This document shows positions 8,536-18,112 of a stretch of 64,000 nucleotides of DNA, in pieces. Position 1 is the first letter of the stretch, and each line of letters begins with the position of its first letter. This stretch comes from Candidatus Nanopelagicales bacterium (GTDB lineage: Bacteria > Actinomycetota > Actinomycetes > S36-B12). The stretch is taken from assembly GCA_049315365.1 (NCBI GenBank), contig JBMOKH010000001.1:934-64933 (forward strand). The letters run 5' to 3'. Both the position numbers and the translations under genes were made by a program. The notes below the pieces were generated by a model that saw only the letters and a program-made list of their open reading frames with translations, was not told where the DNA came from and did no database searches.

Positions 8536-9336
8536 GTGCGGATCGCCACCTGGAACGTCAACTCTGTGACAGCGCGCCTTGATCGCCTGCTCGCATGGCT
8601 GGAGACCGCGCAGCCCGACGTTCTGGCGCTGCAGGAGCTTAAGTGCGCCGACGGCGCCTTCCCGACGATGCCGGTGCAGGCCCTCGGTTACGAGGTCGCA
8701 ACCTTGGGCACGGGCCGGTGGAATGGGGTCGCCATCCTCAGTCGCGTCGGACTCACTGACGTCACGCTCGGCCTCACCGGCCAGCCGCAGTACGAGGGTG
8801 TGGACGAGCCGCGGGCGATCGCGGCGACCTGCGGGGGCGTCCGAGTCTGGGGCGTCTACGTCCCCAACGGACGCGAGCCCGGGCACGACCACTACGCCTA
8901 CAAGCTCCAGTGGCTGGCCGCCCTGCGAGACACCGTGGGGATCGAGCTCAAGACCGCCCCGGAGCGTCCGCTCGCCATCATCGGCGACTTCAACGTGGCA
9001 CCGACCGACGATGACGTCTGGGATATCAGCGTGTTCGCGGGCAGCACGCACGTGACAGAGCCGGAGCGGCAGGCCCTCGCCGACCTGCGGGCGATCGGCC
9101 TCACCGACGTCATGCCCCGCGCACTCAAGGGCAACCCCTACACCTTCTGGGACTACCGCAATGGAGCCCTGCACCGCGGCTGGGGCATGAGGATCGACCT
9201 GATCTACGCCAACGCGCCCTTCGCATCGTCCGTGACCGACGCCTACATCGATCGGGATGAGCGCAAGGGCAAGGGTGCCTCCGATCATGCGCCGGTGGTC
9301 GTCGACCTAGACCCCGCGACGGACGCCCAACGGTGA
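8536..9336 (+). CDS. xthA: Exodeoxyribonuclease III (AP endonuclease)
   Basis: 'MRIATWNVNSV', 'LALQELK', 'GDFNVAPTDDDV', 'RIDLIY', 'SDHAPVVVDL'. Confidence 0.93.
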   Translation: MRIATWNVNSVTARLDRLLAWLETAQPDVLALQELKCADGAFPTMPVQALGYEVATLGTGRWNGVAILSRVGLTDVTLGLTGQPQYEGVDEPRAIAATCGGVRVWGVYVPNGREPGHDHYAYKLQWLAALRDTVGIELKTAPERPLAIIGDFNVAPTDDDVWDISVFAGSTHVTEPERQALADLRAIGLTDVMPRALKGNPYTFWDYRNGALHRGWGMRIDLIYANAPFASSVTDAYIDRDERKGKGASDHAPVVVDLDPATDAQR

Positions 9337-10487
9337 CCATTTCCGTCCGCCCGATCACGAGCGCCCAGCATCGCGACTGGGTGGCCCAGCGTCCGTCCGT
9401 CTCGTTCCTGCAATTGCCCGAGTGGGGTCCGGTCAAGGTCGGCTGGCAGCACGAGTCACTCGGCTGGTTCGACGGCTCGCAACTCATCGGCGCCGGCCTC
9501 GCCCTATATCGCCCGGTGCCGCGGGTGCCGCGGCGCTCCCTCGCCTATCTCCCCGAGGGCCCCGATATCGACTGGCGACGCGAGCGGTATCCGGCGATCT
9601 CCCTCGACGAGTGGCTCGAACCCCTCCTCGCCCACTGCCGCGAACGGGGTGCCTTCCAGGTGAAAATGGGTCCGCCAGTTCAGGTGCGCCGGTGGGAGGC
9701 CGACAACATCAAGGCGTCCATCGCCTCATGGACCGACGGTTCCGCCGATCCCCCGCGCCGCATCAGCGAGACTCTGGCCGACTGGCATTCGACCCGCGGT
9801 GTCCAGTTAGCCGAGCGGTTGCGCACGATGGGCTGGACCCAAGAGTCGGGCGACGATGCCGGGTTCGGCGACGTGCAGCCCCGATTCGTCTTCCAGGTGC
9901 CGCTCGCCGGCCGCACCGTCGGCGACATCTTCACCGGGTTCAACCAGTTGTGGCGACGCAACATCCGCAAGTCGGAGAAGTCAGGGGTCGTGGTGACCCG
10001 CGGGACCATCGAGGATCTTGCGGCGTTCCACGAGGTCTACGTCGAGACGGCGGCCAGGGACCACTTCACCCCTCGCGGGCTGCCGTACTTTGAGCGGATG
10101 TGGCGCGAGCTCAACAGCGCCGGCCAAGAGCCCCTCGCCCTGTACCTCGCCCACCACGACGGGCACCTCGCCGCGGCGACCCTCATGGTCACCGTTGGCG
10201 ACCATGCCTGGTACTCGTACGGGGCGTCAACGACAGCAGACCGCGATGTGCGCCCGTCGAATGCCCTCCAGTGGCGCATGATCACCGATGCCCGGGCGGC
10301 CGGGTGCGCTGTCTACGACCTGCGCGGAATAGCCGACACCCTCAACCCGACCGATCATCTATTTGGCCTCGTGCAGTTCAAGGTGGGCACTGGCGGATTC
10401 GCGCTCGAGTACGTGGGCGAGTGGGACTACGTGCTGCGACGGGGATGGGCCAACGCCTACCGGCTCTACCAGTCTCGACGCGGCTAG
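9333..10487 (+). CDS. FemAB-family peptidoglycan interpeptide-bridge aminoacyltransferase (FemX-like, probable lipid II:glycine glycyltransferase)
   Basis: 'FLQLPEWG', 'LWRRNIRKSEKSGV', 'FHEVYVETAARDHFTPRGLPYFERMW', 'AWYSYGASTTADRDVRPSNALQWRMI'. GTGA overlap with the xthA stop. Confidence 0.85.
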   Translation: MTISVRPITSAQHRDWVAQRPSVSFLQLPEWGPVKVGWQHESLGWFDGSQLIGAGLALYRPVPRVPRRSLAYLPEGPDIDWRRERYPAISLDEWLEPLLAHCRERGAFQVKMGPPVQVRRWEADNIKASIASWTDGSADPPRRISETLADWHSTRGVQLAERLRTMGWTQESGDDAGFGDVQPRFVFQVPLAGRTVGDIFTGFNQLWRRNIRKSEKSGVVVTRGTIEDLAAFHEVYVETAARDHFTPRGLPYFERMWRELNSAGQEPLALYLAHHDGHLAAATLMVTVGDHAWYSYGASTTADRDVRPSNALQWRMITDARAAGCAVYDLRGIADTLNPTDHLFGLVQFKVGTGGFALEYVGEWDYVLRRGWANAYRLYQSRRG

Positions 10488-10499
10488 GAGGCCGGCGCC

Positions 10500-11657
10500 A
10501 TGTCGTTCACGCTGCACCTCGACTCCGATGCCTGGCGCCGCCACCTCGACTCAGTGAGCGGCGCCGTCTCGGCCCACGCCCAGATGATCCCCGTGGTGAA
10601 GGGCAATGGGTACGGCCTCGGGCAGGACCGCCTCGCCCGGGAGGCAGGCCGGCTGGGCAGCGACTGCGTTGCCGTCGGCACCGTCTTTGAGCTCGACGGC
10701 GTCCTCGATGCCTTCTCGGGCGACGTCGTCGTCCTCGAGCCGTTCGAGGTTCGCGACGTCGCCGCGACCCACGCCTGGGCCCGGCTGCTCGAGCGTCCCG
10801 ATGCCCAGCGGGTCATTCGCACCGTCGCGCGGCCGTCAGCCCTGCAGGGCCTTGTGCAGGACGGCACCCCGGCCCGCATGCTCATCGAGGCACGCAGTTC
10901 GATGCAGCGCTTCGGGATGGACGAGCGAGAGCTCCTCGCCGCGCTCACCGACGGCAGCGTCCGGTCCGCAATGGCGGAGGGCCGACTCGAGATTGCCGGG
11001 CTCACCCTCCATCTGCCGATAGCGCAGCCCGCCGACGAGGCTGGTGGTCGAGGGGCGCAGGCCCTGTCCGCACGCGCCCGCGAGGTCTGCCGGTGGACCG
11101 GGCTGTGGCTCGCAGAGATCTCGCGCTGGTCGGGTCAGTCGGGCACAGCTGCCGCGATCTGGACCTCGCACCTAGGCGATGCGGAGGTCGCTGCGGTCGC
11201 TGCTGCCGTACCCGGGGCTGCCCTCCGCGCGCGTGTCGGCACCCGACTTTGGCTCGGTGATCGGGCGGCCCTCAAGGCGCACGGCACGGTTCTCGCGGTT
11301 CATCCCCTCCCCGGCGGCACCCATGTCGGCTATCGGCAGCGCACCGGGCCGAGGGACGGCACCCTCGTCGTCGTCTCCGGCGGCACCGGGCACGGCATCG
11401 GGCTCTCGGCGCCGACCCCCGCATCGTCAGCTCGCCAGCGGGTTGTCACCGCGGGCACCGGCGCCCTCGATGCCGTCGGCAAGGCCATGTCGCCGTTCAC
11501 CTGGGCAGGCAGCAGGCGCTGGTTCGCCGAGCCGCCGCATCAGCACCACTCGATGATCTGGCTGCCGAAGGGGTGCGTTGTGCCCGCGGTCGGCGATCAA
11601 ATGCCGGCCGAGGTGCGATTCACCACCACGAGATTCGACGCGGTCATCGAGTCCTGA
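10500..11657 (+). CDS. Alanine-racemase-fold (PLP barrel) family protein, divergent
   Basis: 'MIPVVKGNGYGLG' resembles the Alr PLP-lysine motif VVKANAYGHG. Size (385 aa) fits a two-domain racemase. The C-terminal half is much less canonical. Confidence 0.6.
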   Translation: MSFTLHLDSDAWRRHLDSVSGAVSAHAQMIPVVKGNGYGLGQDRLAREAGRLGSDCVAVGTVFELDGVLDAFSGDVVVLEPFEVRDVAATHAWARLLERPDAQRVIRTVARPSALQGLVQDGTPARMLIEARSSMQRFGMDERELLAALTDGSVRSAMAEGRLEIAGLTLHLPIAQPADEAGGRGAQALSARAREVCRWTGLWLAEISRWSGQSGTAAAIWTSHLGDAEVAAVAAAVPGAALRARVGTRLWLGDRAALKAHGTVLAVHPLPGGTHVGYRQRTGPRDGTLVVVSGGTGHGIGLSAPTPASSARQRVVTAGTGALDAVGKAMSPFTWAGSRRWFAEPPHQHHSMIWLPKGCVVPAVGDQMPAEVRFTTTRFDAVIES

Positions 11658-11681
11658 GTTCTGCAGCGGGCGCCCGCATGC

Positions 11682-13088
11682 TCACCAAGCGCTGATGACA
11701 TCCTCCGGCGTGACGCGAATGACATCGTCGACTGCGAACCCGCTGCGGGCGACCGCTACCAGTGGGGTGCTGGCCGTTGCTCCGGGCAGTTGCGACCGGT
11801 GAACGATCAGCCGGCCCAGGTCATGCGTGTCGAAGGGGGCACTCTCGAGCCACTTGATCGAACCGACAGCAGTCACCGTCTTCGCGACCGGCGACCGATC
11901 GGCGAGCACCAGGTCGATCTCCGGGTCGTTGTTGCGAGTCCAGTATCCGCCAACGACACCAGTCGGGCCCGCGGGGCCCGCGGCTCCCATGCGCTCGATC
12001 CCCTCACGGAGCACCGGCTCGATCGCATGCCCTCGCCACGCCAACCAGCTCGACTGCAGCCGGGCGAGCACCCGCGCAGCAGCACCTCGCTCGATCTCAG
12101 GCAGGCCAGGGCCAATAAACGACAGCCAGAACCGCAAGTACGGGTCAGCGACGGAGTACCGGGTTTCGCGACTGCTCACCGTCGACAGAGGAGTGGCGCG
12201 TACGACGACTCGCTTGTCGACGAGCGTCCTCAGTGCGCGCTCCAGCGACGTCGCCTTCAGGCCGGCAGCCGTCGAGATCGCCGTGAAGGTCCGCTCGCCG
12301 GACCCGATCGCCGTCAGGACATCCCGCGCCTGCGTCGCAGGCGGGAACTCCGAGGCGAGCATCCGCTCACCACTGACGACGAGGGCACTCGTCGGGTCAG
12401 CGACCGCGCCGGCCAGGTAGTCCCACATCGGCATGCCGTTCGGCCACTCGTCAGCGACCATCGGCAGGCCGCCAGTGATCAGGTACGCGTCCAGAGCATC
12501 GGCGGCACCAAGGTCCAGCATCGCCGCTGTCTCGCTAGGCGACAAAGCCAGCACGACCATCTCGCTGGCTCGCTGATGGAACGGGCGCCCATAGGCGTTC
12601 AACGCCTCCATCATCGATAGGTCCGAACCGACCCCGATCAGCAGTACCCTCCGGTGTGACAGGACAGTGTCGAACGCCTTCTGCAGCGTCCCCTCAATCG
12701 TCGGGTCCCCGGATGTGAGATACGGCAACTCGTCCACGACCACGATGCACGGCCCATCGTTGGGCATCGCAACCGCCAGCAGCCGCAGCGCCGCCTCCCA
12801 CGTGGCCGGGGTCACGTCCTCGAACGTCGACGCACCCGGGAGGGACGACTCCGCCGCAGCCACCGTGAACAGTGCGAGCTCACGCTCCGGGCCCTGCTTG
12901 CTTGCTGTGAAGAACACCGCCGGTACGCCCGAACGGGCAATGAACTCCTCCAGCAGCCGGGACTTCCCGACCCGACGCCGTCCGCGCACCAGCAGCGCCC
13001 GCCCCGGACGCTCCGAACCCTGCCGGACACGGTCAAGATGACCCTCGAGCACGTTGAGTTCACGCGCCCGCCCGATGAACACCCCCAT
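11682..13088 (-). CDS. AAA+ ATPase of the archaeal-ATPase/DUF234 type (ATPase, wHTH-like middle region, PD-(D/E)xK-like C-terminus)
   Basis: 'FIGRARELNVLEGHL', Walker A 'GRRRVGKSRLL', Walker B 'IVVVDELPYL'. C-terminus 'GGYWTRNNDPEIDLVLAD...VGSIKW'. Start taken at MGVFIGR (ORF runs to 13133). Confidence 0.75.
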   Translation of the reverse strand: MGVFIGRARELNVLEGHLDRVRQGSERPGRALLVRGRRRVGKSRLLEEFIARSGVPAVFFTASKQGPERELALFTVAAAESSLPGASTFEDVTPATWEAALRLLAVAMPNDGPCIVVVDELPYLTSGDPTIEGTLQKAFDTVLSHRRVLLIGVGSDLSMMEALNAYGRPFHQRASEMVVLALSPSETAAMLDLGAADALDAYLITGGLPMVADEWPNGMPMWDYLAGAVADPTSALVVSGERMLASEFPPATQARDVLTAIGSGERTFTAISTAAGLKATSLERALRTLVDKRVVVRATPLSTVSSRETRYSVADPYLRFWLSFIGPGLPEIERGAAARVLARLQSSWLAWRGHAIEPVLREGIERMGAAGPAGPTGVVGGYWTRNNDPEIDLVLADRSPVAKTVTAVGSIKWLESAPFDTHDLGRLIVHRSQLPGATASTPLVAVARSGFAVDDVIRVTPEDVISAW

Positions 13089-13172
13089 AGCCGGCCTCTC
13101 CAGTCCTCGCACCACCACCGACGATAGTACCAACTTTGGTAGTATTGACCTTGAGACGATCCCTGTTGTCGG

Positions 13173-14579
13173 TCAGCCGCGCGGGCGCGTGAGCGTGAAT
13201 ACGTCTGGCGCCCTGTCGAAGACTCCGCCACCCGGATCGTCCGCATCCTCGTCGAACCCATCGGTCCGCACCGGATCGCGATCCGGCTTGATCATGTCGC
13301 GCACGAGAAGGCCGGCGAACCACAGGGTGAAGGCGATGTGGACGAGGGTGGCCACCGCGTACCACTGCGGGGTCATGCCCTTCGTATCGGTGACGCCGTA
13401 GCCGACGAGGAACCACCAGATCGAGACGAAGTAGACGACCTCAGCGGCCTGCCAGATGATGAAGTCGCGCCAGCGCGGCCGGGCGAGGGCCGCGAGCGGC
13501 ACGAGCCACAGGACGTACTGCGGCGAGTACACCTTGTTCGTGACAGCGAAAGCGGCCACGATGAGGAAGAGCAGGGGCGCGAGGCGCGGGCGTCGCTTCG
13601 TCGTGAGGGCGAGGACCCCAATCCCTACACACAGAAGCAAGAACAGGCCCGAGGCGATGTTGTTCAGGGCATCGGCCGGGATCGACCCCAGCCCGAGTTG
13701 CGACGCGGCAAACCAGATCGAGCCGAAGTCCTCCCCGCGCTCCTGACTGAATCGGTAGAAGAAGGACCAGCCCTCGAAATTGGCGACCATGAAGGGGATA
13801 TTCACTGCGAGCCAGCTCGCCACCGTGCCGATCAGCAGCAGGACGAAGGCCCGCCAGCGACCCGTGCGCAGGGTGAGGACGAGGAAGGCCCCGATGAAGA
13901 AGAGCGGGTAGAACTTCGCGGCGATGGCCAGGCCGAGGAGTACCCCGGCGGCGAGCGGGCGCGACCGCGACCACAGGAGCAGGCAGCAGCCGGCGAAGGC
14001 GAGCGGCAGCAGGTCCCAGTTCACGGTCGCCGCGAGGATGACCGTGGGGGCGAGGGCCACGAGGGCGGCGTCCCACGGCCGCCGCTTGACGGTGAGGGCC
14101 GTCGCGATCACGGCCACGACGAGCGGGATGAGGAGGAGGACGACGTTCACGTCGAAGAATGTTCGCCCGGCTTCAAGGCCCTCGAACGAGCCCGTAAAGG
14201 CGCGTGTGACCATGGCTGAGATCTGCATGAAGATGCCGGTGATGACCGGGTACTCAAGCGGGGTCTGGCCGGGTTGGGTCTGGAGATACGGGATAAGGCC
14301 GTCGGCAAAGCCGCGCAGGGAGTACAGGGGCGGGATATCCGAGTAGCACAGGTGCTCGTAGCGCTCAGGAGATGCCCAGCCGGTGCTTCGGCAGGACAGG
14401 TCGAGCGCGTAGCCGACCGCGTACGCCGCAGTCGTGATGACGATGAGCACCCGGAGGGGTGACCACCAATACCTGCTTGATCGCGCGAGTAGCCCGATCG
14501 GCCCGCCGATCACGTTGCTGGCGCTCCGAGCGACCGGATCCTCGGCCGATGGGTGCACGATCTCCGCCCGTGTGGTCAC
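13173..14579 (-). CDS. Polytopic membrane glycosyltransferase-like protein (DUF2029/GT87-like, Rv0051-type neighbour of ponA)
   Basis: 468 aa with more than 10 hydrophobic helices and a conserved position next to ponA. Family call is from synteny and overall architecture, not from a catalytic motif. Confidence 0.6.
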   Translation of the reverse strand: MTTRAEIVHPSAEDPVARSASNVIGGPIGLLARSSRYWWSPLRVLIVITTAAYAVGYALDLSCRSTGWASPERYEHLCYSDIPPLYSLRGFADGLIPYLQTQPGQTPLEYPVITGIFMQISAMVTRAFTGSFEGLEAGRTFFDVNVVLLLIPLVVAVIATALTVKRRPWDAALVALAPTVILAATVNWDLLPLAFAGCCLLLWSRSRPLAAGVLLGLAIAAKFYPLFFIGAFLVLTLRTGRWRAFVLLLIGTVASWLAVNIPFMVANFEGWSFFYRFSQERGEDFGSIWFAASQLGLGSIPADALNNIASGLFLLLCVGIGVLALTTKRRPRLAPLLFLIVAAFAVTNKVYSPQYVLWLVPLAALARPRWRDFIIWQAAEVVYFVSIWWFLVGYGVTDTKGMTPQWYAVATLVHIAFTLWFAGLLVRDMIKPDRDPVRTDGFDEDADDPGGGVFDRAPDVFTLTRPRG

Positions 14580-14588
14580 CTAACGAGC

Positions 14589-16814
14589 CTATTCGGAAGG
14601 GGGTCCGCTACCGGCCGCACTCGGGGTTGGTGTCGGAGTTGGTGGTGGGGCGGGCGCCGCCGGATCGACCGGGGTCCCGGGCGCGAGGTCCGGATTCGCT
14701 TCGGGTGACGCGACATCTGCGGCCGGGTCGACCGGCTCGCTCGGCAGCGGGGTGACGTCGCCGGGGATCGACTCGTCGATCGGCCCGGAGGACGGCCCGA
14801 ACTCAACGATCTGGGGGATCGGGCAGCCCATCGGCACCTCCTCGCCCTCCGGTGGCAGCACGGTCGGACAGTTGAGGGGGACGATGACACCGGCCGGGGG
14901 TGCCGGGAAGGCTACGGGCTCCGACTCACCGAGCGCGGCCTTCATGAAGGCGACCCAGATCGCGGCCGGGAAGGATCCACCCGTGACAGTGCCGAGCCCG
15001 CCCGTGCCCGAGAGTGACACCGGGATGCCCGCCTCGTCCTCCTTGGCCATGAGCACGGCGGTCGCGAGTTGCGGCGTGTAGCCGACGAACCAGGCACTGC
15101 GGTTTCCGTCGGTCGTGCCCGTCTTCGCCGCGGCCGGGCGCCCGAGGGCCATTGCCGTGGCACCGGTTCCGTTCGTGACGACCTTGGCGAGCGAGTAGGT
15201 GACGGTGTTCGCCACATCCGACGTGAAGGCCTCAGTGGTCTGGGGATCTGACTCGTAGAGCAGCCCGCCATTTGGGCCGAGCACCTTGATGATCATCGTC
15301 GGGGTTGCACGGGCGCCGCTCGCGGCGAACGTGGCATAGGAGTTGGCCATGTCGAGCCCGGAGGGCGATGCGGTCCCGAGGACAAACGTGAGGTCGAGTT
15401 GGCCGAGGTTCAGACCCGGCGTGCTCTCCGGGATCCCGGCGCGCAATGCGGCATCGGCAACTCGCTCGACCCCGACATCGGACTCCACTTCGACGTAGGC
15501 GGTGTTGATGCTCCGTTCCGTTGCCTGGAGCAGCGACACCTTTCCGTAGGACTTGTCGCCGTAGTTCGTGAGCGTGTAGCCCTTGATCGTTGCAGGGGAG
15601 TCGCCGTCCCACATCGAGGAGAGCGGCACGTCGGCCTCGACCGCCGCAGCAAGCGCGAACGGCTTGAAGGTCGACCCCGCCTGTGCAAATCTCCTCGTCG
15701 CATTGTTGATCTGGTCGTCGACGAAATCCTTTCCGCCGTACATCGCGATGACCTGCCCGGTGCCCGGCCGGATCGCCGCGAGTCCGATGCGCAGGCCTTC
15801 CGTGTCGGACTTCGGGCCCGCCTCCTTCACGGCTGCGGTCGCGGCGCGCTGCGCCTTCCGCTCGAAGGTCGAGGTGATGCGCAGGCCGCCACGCTGGATC
15901 TCGGTCTCGTCGAACCCGAGTGCAGCGAGCTCGGTCGTGACGGCGTTCAGGAGGAAGCCGGTCTGGCCCCCGAGCCGGTTGCCGGCCTTGGCCTTGGCGA
16001 TCTCAGGAAAGGCGGTTGACGCCTGCTCGTCCGGGGTCAGCCACCCCTGCTCGACCATGGCATCGATGACGTACTCCCAGCGGCCCTCGAGGGCGAGCAG
16101 GTTCTCCTCCGGAGACAGGCCGCTCGGGGACTTGATGATCGATGCGAGGACGGCGCCCTCGGAGGTGGTGAGCTCGGTCACCGGCTTGCCGAAGTAGGCG
16201 ATGGACGCCGCTTCGATCCCGTACGCCCCACGACCGAAGTAGATCGTGTTGAGGTAGTCCTCGAGGATCTGCGACTTGGAGACCACGGTCTCGAGCTTGA
16301 ATGCGAGGAGCGCCTCGCGGATCTTGCGGTCCCAGGACCGGTCCTGGGATAGGTAGGCGTTCTTCGCGTACTGCTGGGTGATGGTTGATCCGCCCTGGGT
16401 GGAGCCGCCGCTCAGGTTGTTCCAGATGGCCCGACCGACACCGAGTGGTGAGATGCCACCGTGCTCGTAGAAGGTTCGGTCCTCTGCAGCGAGGACGGCG
16501 TTTTGGACCTCGATCGGCACGCTGGCCAAGGGAACGCTGCGCCGGGTCGCCTCGCCGAGCCGGCCGAGCTCTGTCGTGCCATCGGCCCAGTAGACGATGG
16601 TTGCCTCGCTCGTCGAGACCTCGTTCGGTGACGGCACGTCGGTGCTCGCCACCGCTATAGCACCGGCGCCAATGCCGATGACGATGAGCAGCAGGGCCCC
16701 GATGACGACGCGCATCGGCCACCGGCGCCGTGTGGCGGCGGGCGCGGGGCGCCTGGTCGAGCGTGGCTTCCGGGCCGGTCGGCCTTGCTCGCTCACGAGA
16801 GTCCTTCGGGGCAA
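14589..16814 (-). CDS. ponA: Class A penicillin-binding protein (bifunctional transglycosylase/transpeptidase)
   Basis: N-terminal TM anchor. GT51 motifs 'EDRTFYEHGGISP', 'GGSTITQQYAKN', 'RKIREAL'. Transpeptidase 'STFKP', 'KTGTT'. Pro-rich C-terminal tail. Confidence 0.93.
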   Translation of the reverse strand: MPRRTLVSEQGRPARKPRSTRRPAPAATRRRWPMRVVIGALLLIVIGIGAGAIAVASTDVPSPNEVSTSEATIVYWADGTTELGRLGEATRRSVPLASVPIEVQNAVLAAEDRTFYEHGGISPLGVGRAIWNNLSGGSTQGGSTITQQYAKNAYLSQDRSWDRKIREALLAFKLETVVSKSQILEDYLNTIYFGRGAYGIEAASIAYFGKPVTELTTSEGAVLASIIKSPSGLSPEENLLALEGRWEYVIDAMVEQGWLTPDEQASTAFPEIAKAKAGNRLGGQTGFLLNAVTTELAALGFDETEIQRGGLRITSTFERKAQRAATAAVKEAGPKSDTEGLRIGLAAIRPGTGQVIAMYGGKDFVDDQINNATRRFAQAGSTFKPFALAAAVEADVPLSSMWDGDSPATIKGYTLTNYGDKSYGKVSLLQATERSINTAYVEVESDVGVERVADAALRAGIPESTPGLNLGQLDLTFVLGTASPSGLDMANSYATFAASGARATPTMIIKVLGPNGGLLYESDPQTTEAFTSDVANTVTYSLAKVVTNGTGATAMALGRPAAAKTGTTDGNRSAWFVGYTPQLATAVLMAKEDEAGIPVSLSGTGGLGTVTGGSFPAAIWVAFMKAALGESEPVAFPAPPAGVIVPLNCPTVLPPEGEEVPMGCPIPQIVEFGPSSGPIDESIPGDVTPLPSEPVDPAADVASPEANPDLAPGTPVDPAAPAPPPTPTPTPSAAGSGPPSE

Positions 16815-16847
16815 TGACCACGGTGGTCAGCGGATATGCGGGGTCGC

Positions 16848-17366
16848 TCAGTCAAGGAGATCACGGGACTTCGGCAGTGCACGCCTCGGCACGCCGTCAC
16901 CTAGGACGTATGTGGTGGCAAGAAAGTTCCATGAGCATCGCTGGCACACCTCGACGACGTAGACCTTGAACTCGCCGAACTGGGTTGCCATGAGCGGTAG
17001 TTCGTCTGTTTGACGGATGCGGCCCGAGTACGGCCCGAGTTGGTCGCCATAGACGTACGTGACCGTGACGAAGCCCGCGGCGCGACAGGCTGGGCAGGGA
17101 CCGTCGGCACTCTCCCCGTGGTGCTTGGCCGCGCGCAGCAGGTAGGTATCGGCATCGCACAGATCGCTCGAGAGCGCGCCGCCGTTGAACAGGCGGTGCA
17201 GTGCGGCGCGGCGCTGCAGCCCGAAGTTCACCACGGATCGCGGGGCGGCCGGATCAGAAATCGGCTCGGGGATCGAAGTCCCAGACCTAGAACCGGGGGC
17301 CGCACCATTGCCGGAGGTCCCGCGGACGATGGCACCGCGCACGCCTGAGCGACGGGGAACGGCCAT
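16848..17366 (-). CDS. DUF5318 family protein (Rv0049-like)
   Basis: 'LQRRAALHRLF..CDADTYLLRAAKHHGE..CPACR..VTYVYGDQLG..VVEVCQRCSWNFL'. Start uncertain: in-frame ATGs at 17366, 17453 and 17489. Confidence 0.7.
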   Translation of the reverse strand: MAVPRRSGVRGAIVRGTSGNGAAPGSRSGTSIPEPISDPAAPRSVVNFGLQRRAALHRLFNGGALSSDLCDADTYLLRAAKHHGESADGPCPACRAAGFVTVTYVYGDQLGPYSGRIRQTDELPLMATQFGEFKVYVVEVCQRCSWNFLATTYVLGDGVPRRALPKSRDLLD

Positions 17367-17453
17367 GACACCGGATTCTACGCCGACCCTCGGCCCTGTC
17401 TGCCGGGGGCAATTCGCGTTTTTCGCCTTGTCCAGCGTGCTTTGATTCGACAT

Positions 17454-17475
17454 GATATATCGATTCGATATATCG
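17454..17475. promoter_or_regulatory. AT-rich repeated/palindromic motif directly upstream of padR (candidate PadR operator and -10 region)
   Basis: GATATATCG occurs twice (17454..17462 and 17467..17475). The second copy is part of the palindrome CGATATATCG. TATCGT (TANNNT) ends 6 nt before the padR ATG at 17483. Confidence 0.35.
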
Positions 17476-17482
17476 TGCGCGC

Positions 17483-18112
17483 ATGGCACGACGGGCGGAC
17501 ATCCTCGAATACGCGATCCTCGGCATGCTCGGCGATGGCCCGCTCCACGGCTACGAGCTGCGCAAGCGCCTCGCCGTCGTCCTCGGTCCCTTCCGGCCCC
17601 TCTCCTACGGCTCGCTCTACCCGGCCCTCCACCGGACCTCGGCCCGTGGGCTCATCACCGGCGCCGAGGTCACGGCGGCCATGGAGACCTCGGCTCCTCC
17701 GCTGAGCTCGAAGCGGGCGCGGGTCGTCTACGCGCTCACCGGTGATGGCAAGGAGGCCTTTGCTGCCTGGGTCAACGAGACCGGCCCGGAGGCCTGGGAC
17801 GACGAGGGCTTCGCCACCCACCTCGCGTTCTTCTCGCGGACCGAGGCCCGCGCCCGCGTGCGCATCCTGCACGGTCGCAGGTCACGCCTCGAGGAGCGGG
17901 TCGCGCTGCTCCGCGAGTCGATGACCCGAAGTCGTGAACGCGTCGATGCCTACACCCTCCAACTCCAGCAGCACGGGCTCGAGGGCGCCGAGCGCGAGGT
18001 CCGGTGGCTCAGCGAGCTCATCGCTGCCGAGGAGTCGACTGCGAACCGACCCATGGCACCAGAGCCCACCGCAACGAATAGCGAACCATCACAGAACAAG
18101 GAGATCCAATGA
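17483..18112 (+). CDS. PadR-family transcriptional regulator
   Basis: '[19 protein letters not shown]......[18 protein letters not shown]'. ATGA overlap with ino1. Confidence 0.9.
   Translation: MARRADILEYAILGMLGDGPLHGYELRKRLAVVLGPFRPLSYGSLYPALHRTSARGLITGAEVTAAMETSAPPLSSKRARVVYALTGDGKEAFAAWVNETGPEAWDDEGFATHLAFFSRTEARARVRILHGRRSRLEERVALLRESMTRSRERVDAYTLQLQQHGLEGAEREVRWLSELIAAEESTANRPMAPEPTATNSEPSQNKEIQ

Noticed and set aside
8464-9288. 274-aa minus-strand ORF
   Set aside because: It is antisense to xthA. Its composition is Gly/Arg/Val-rich low-complexity with no motif. Shadow ORF.
13338-14219. 293-aa plus-strand ORF rich in Glu/Arg/Asp/Gly
   Set aside because: It is antisense to the polytopic membrane protein gene (13173..14579). 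Its extreme charged low-complexity composition is characteristic of reverse-frame translation of a hydrophobic high-GC gene.
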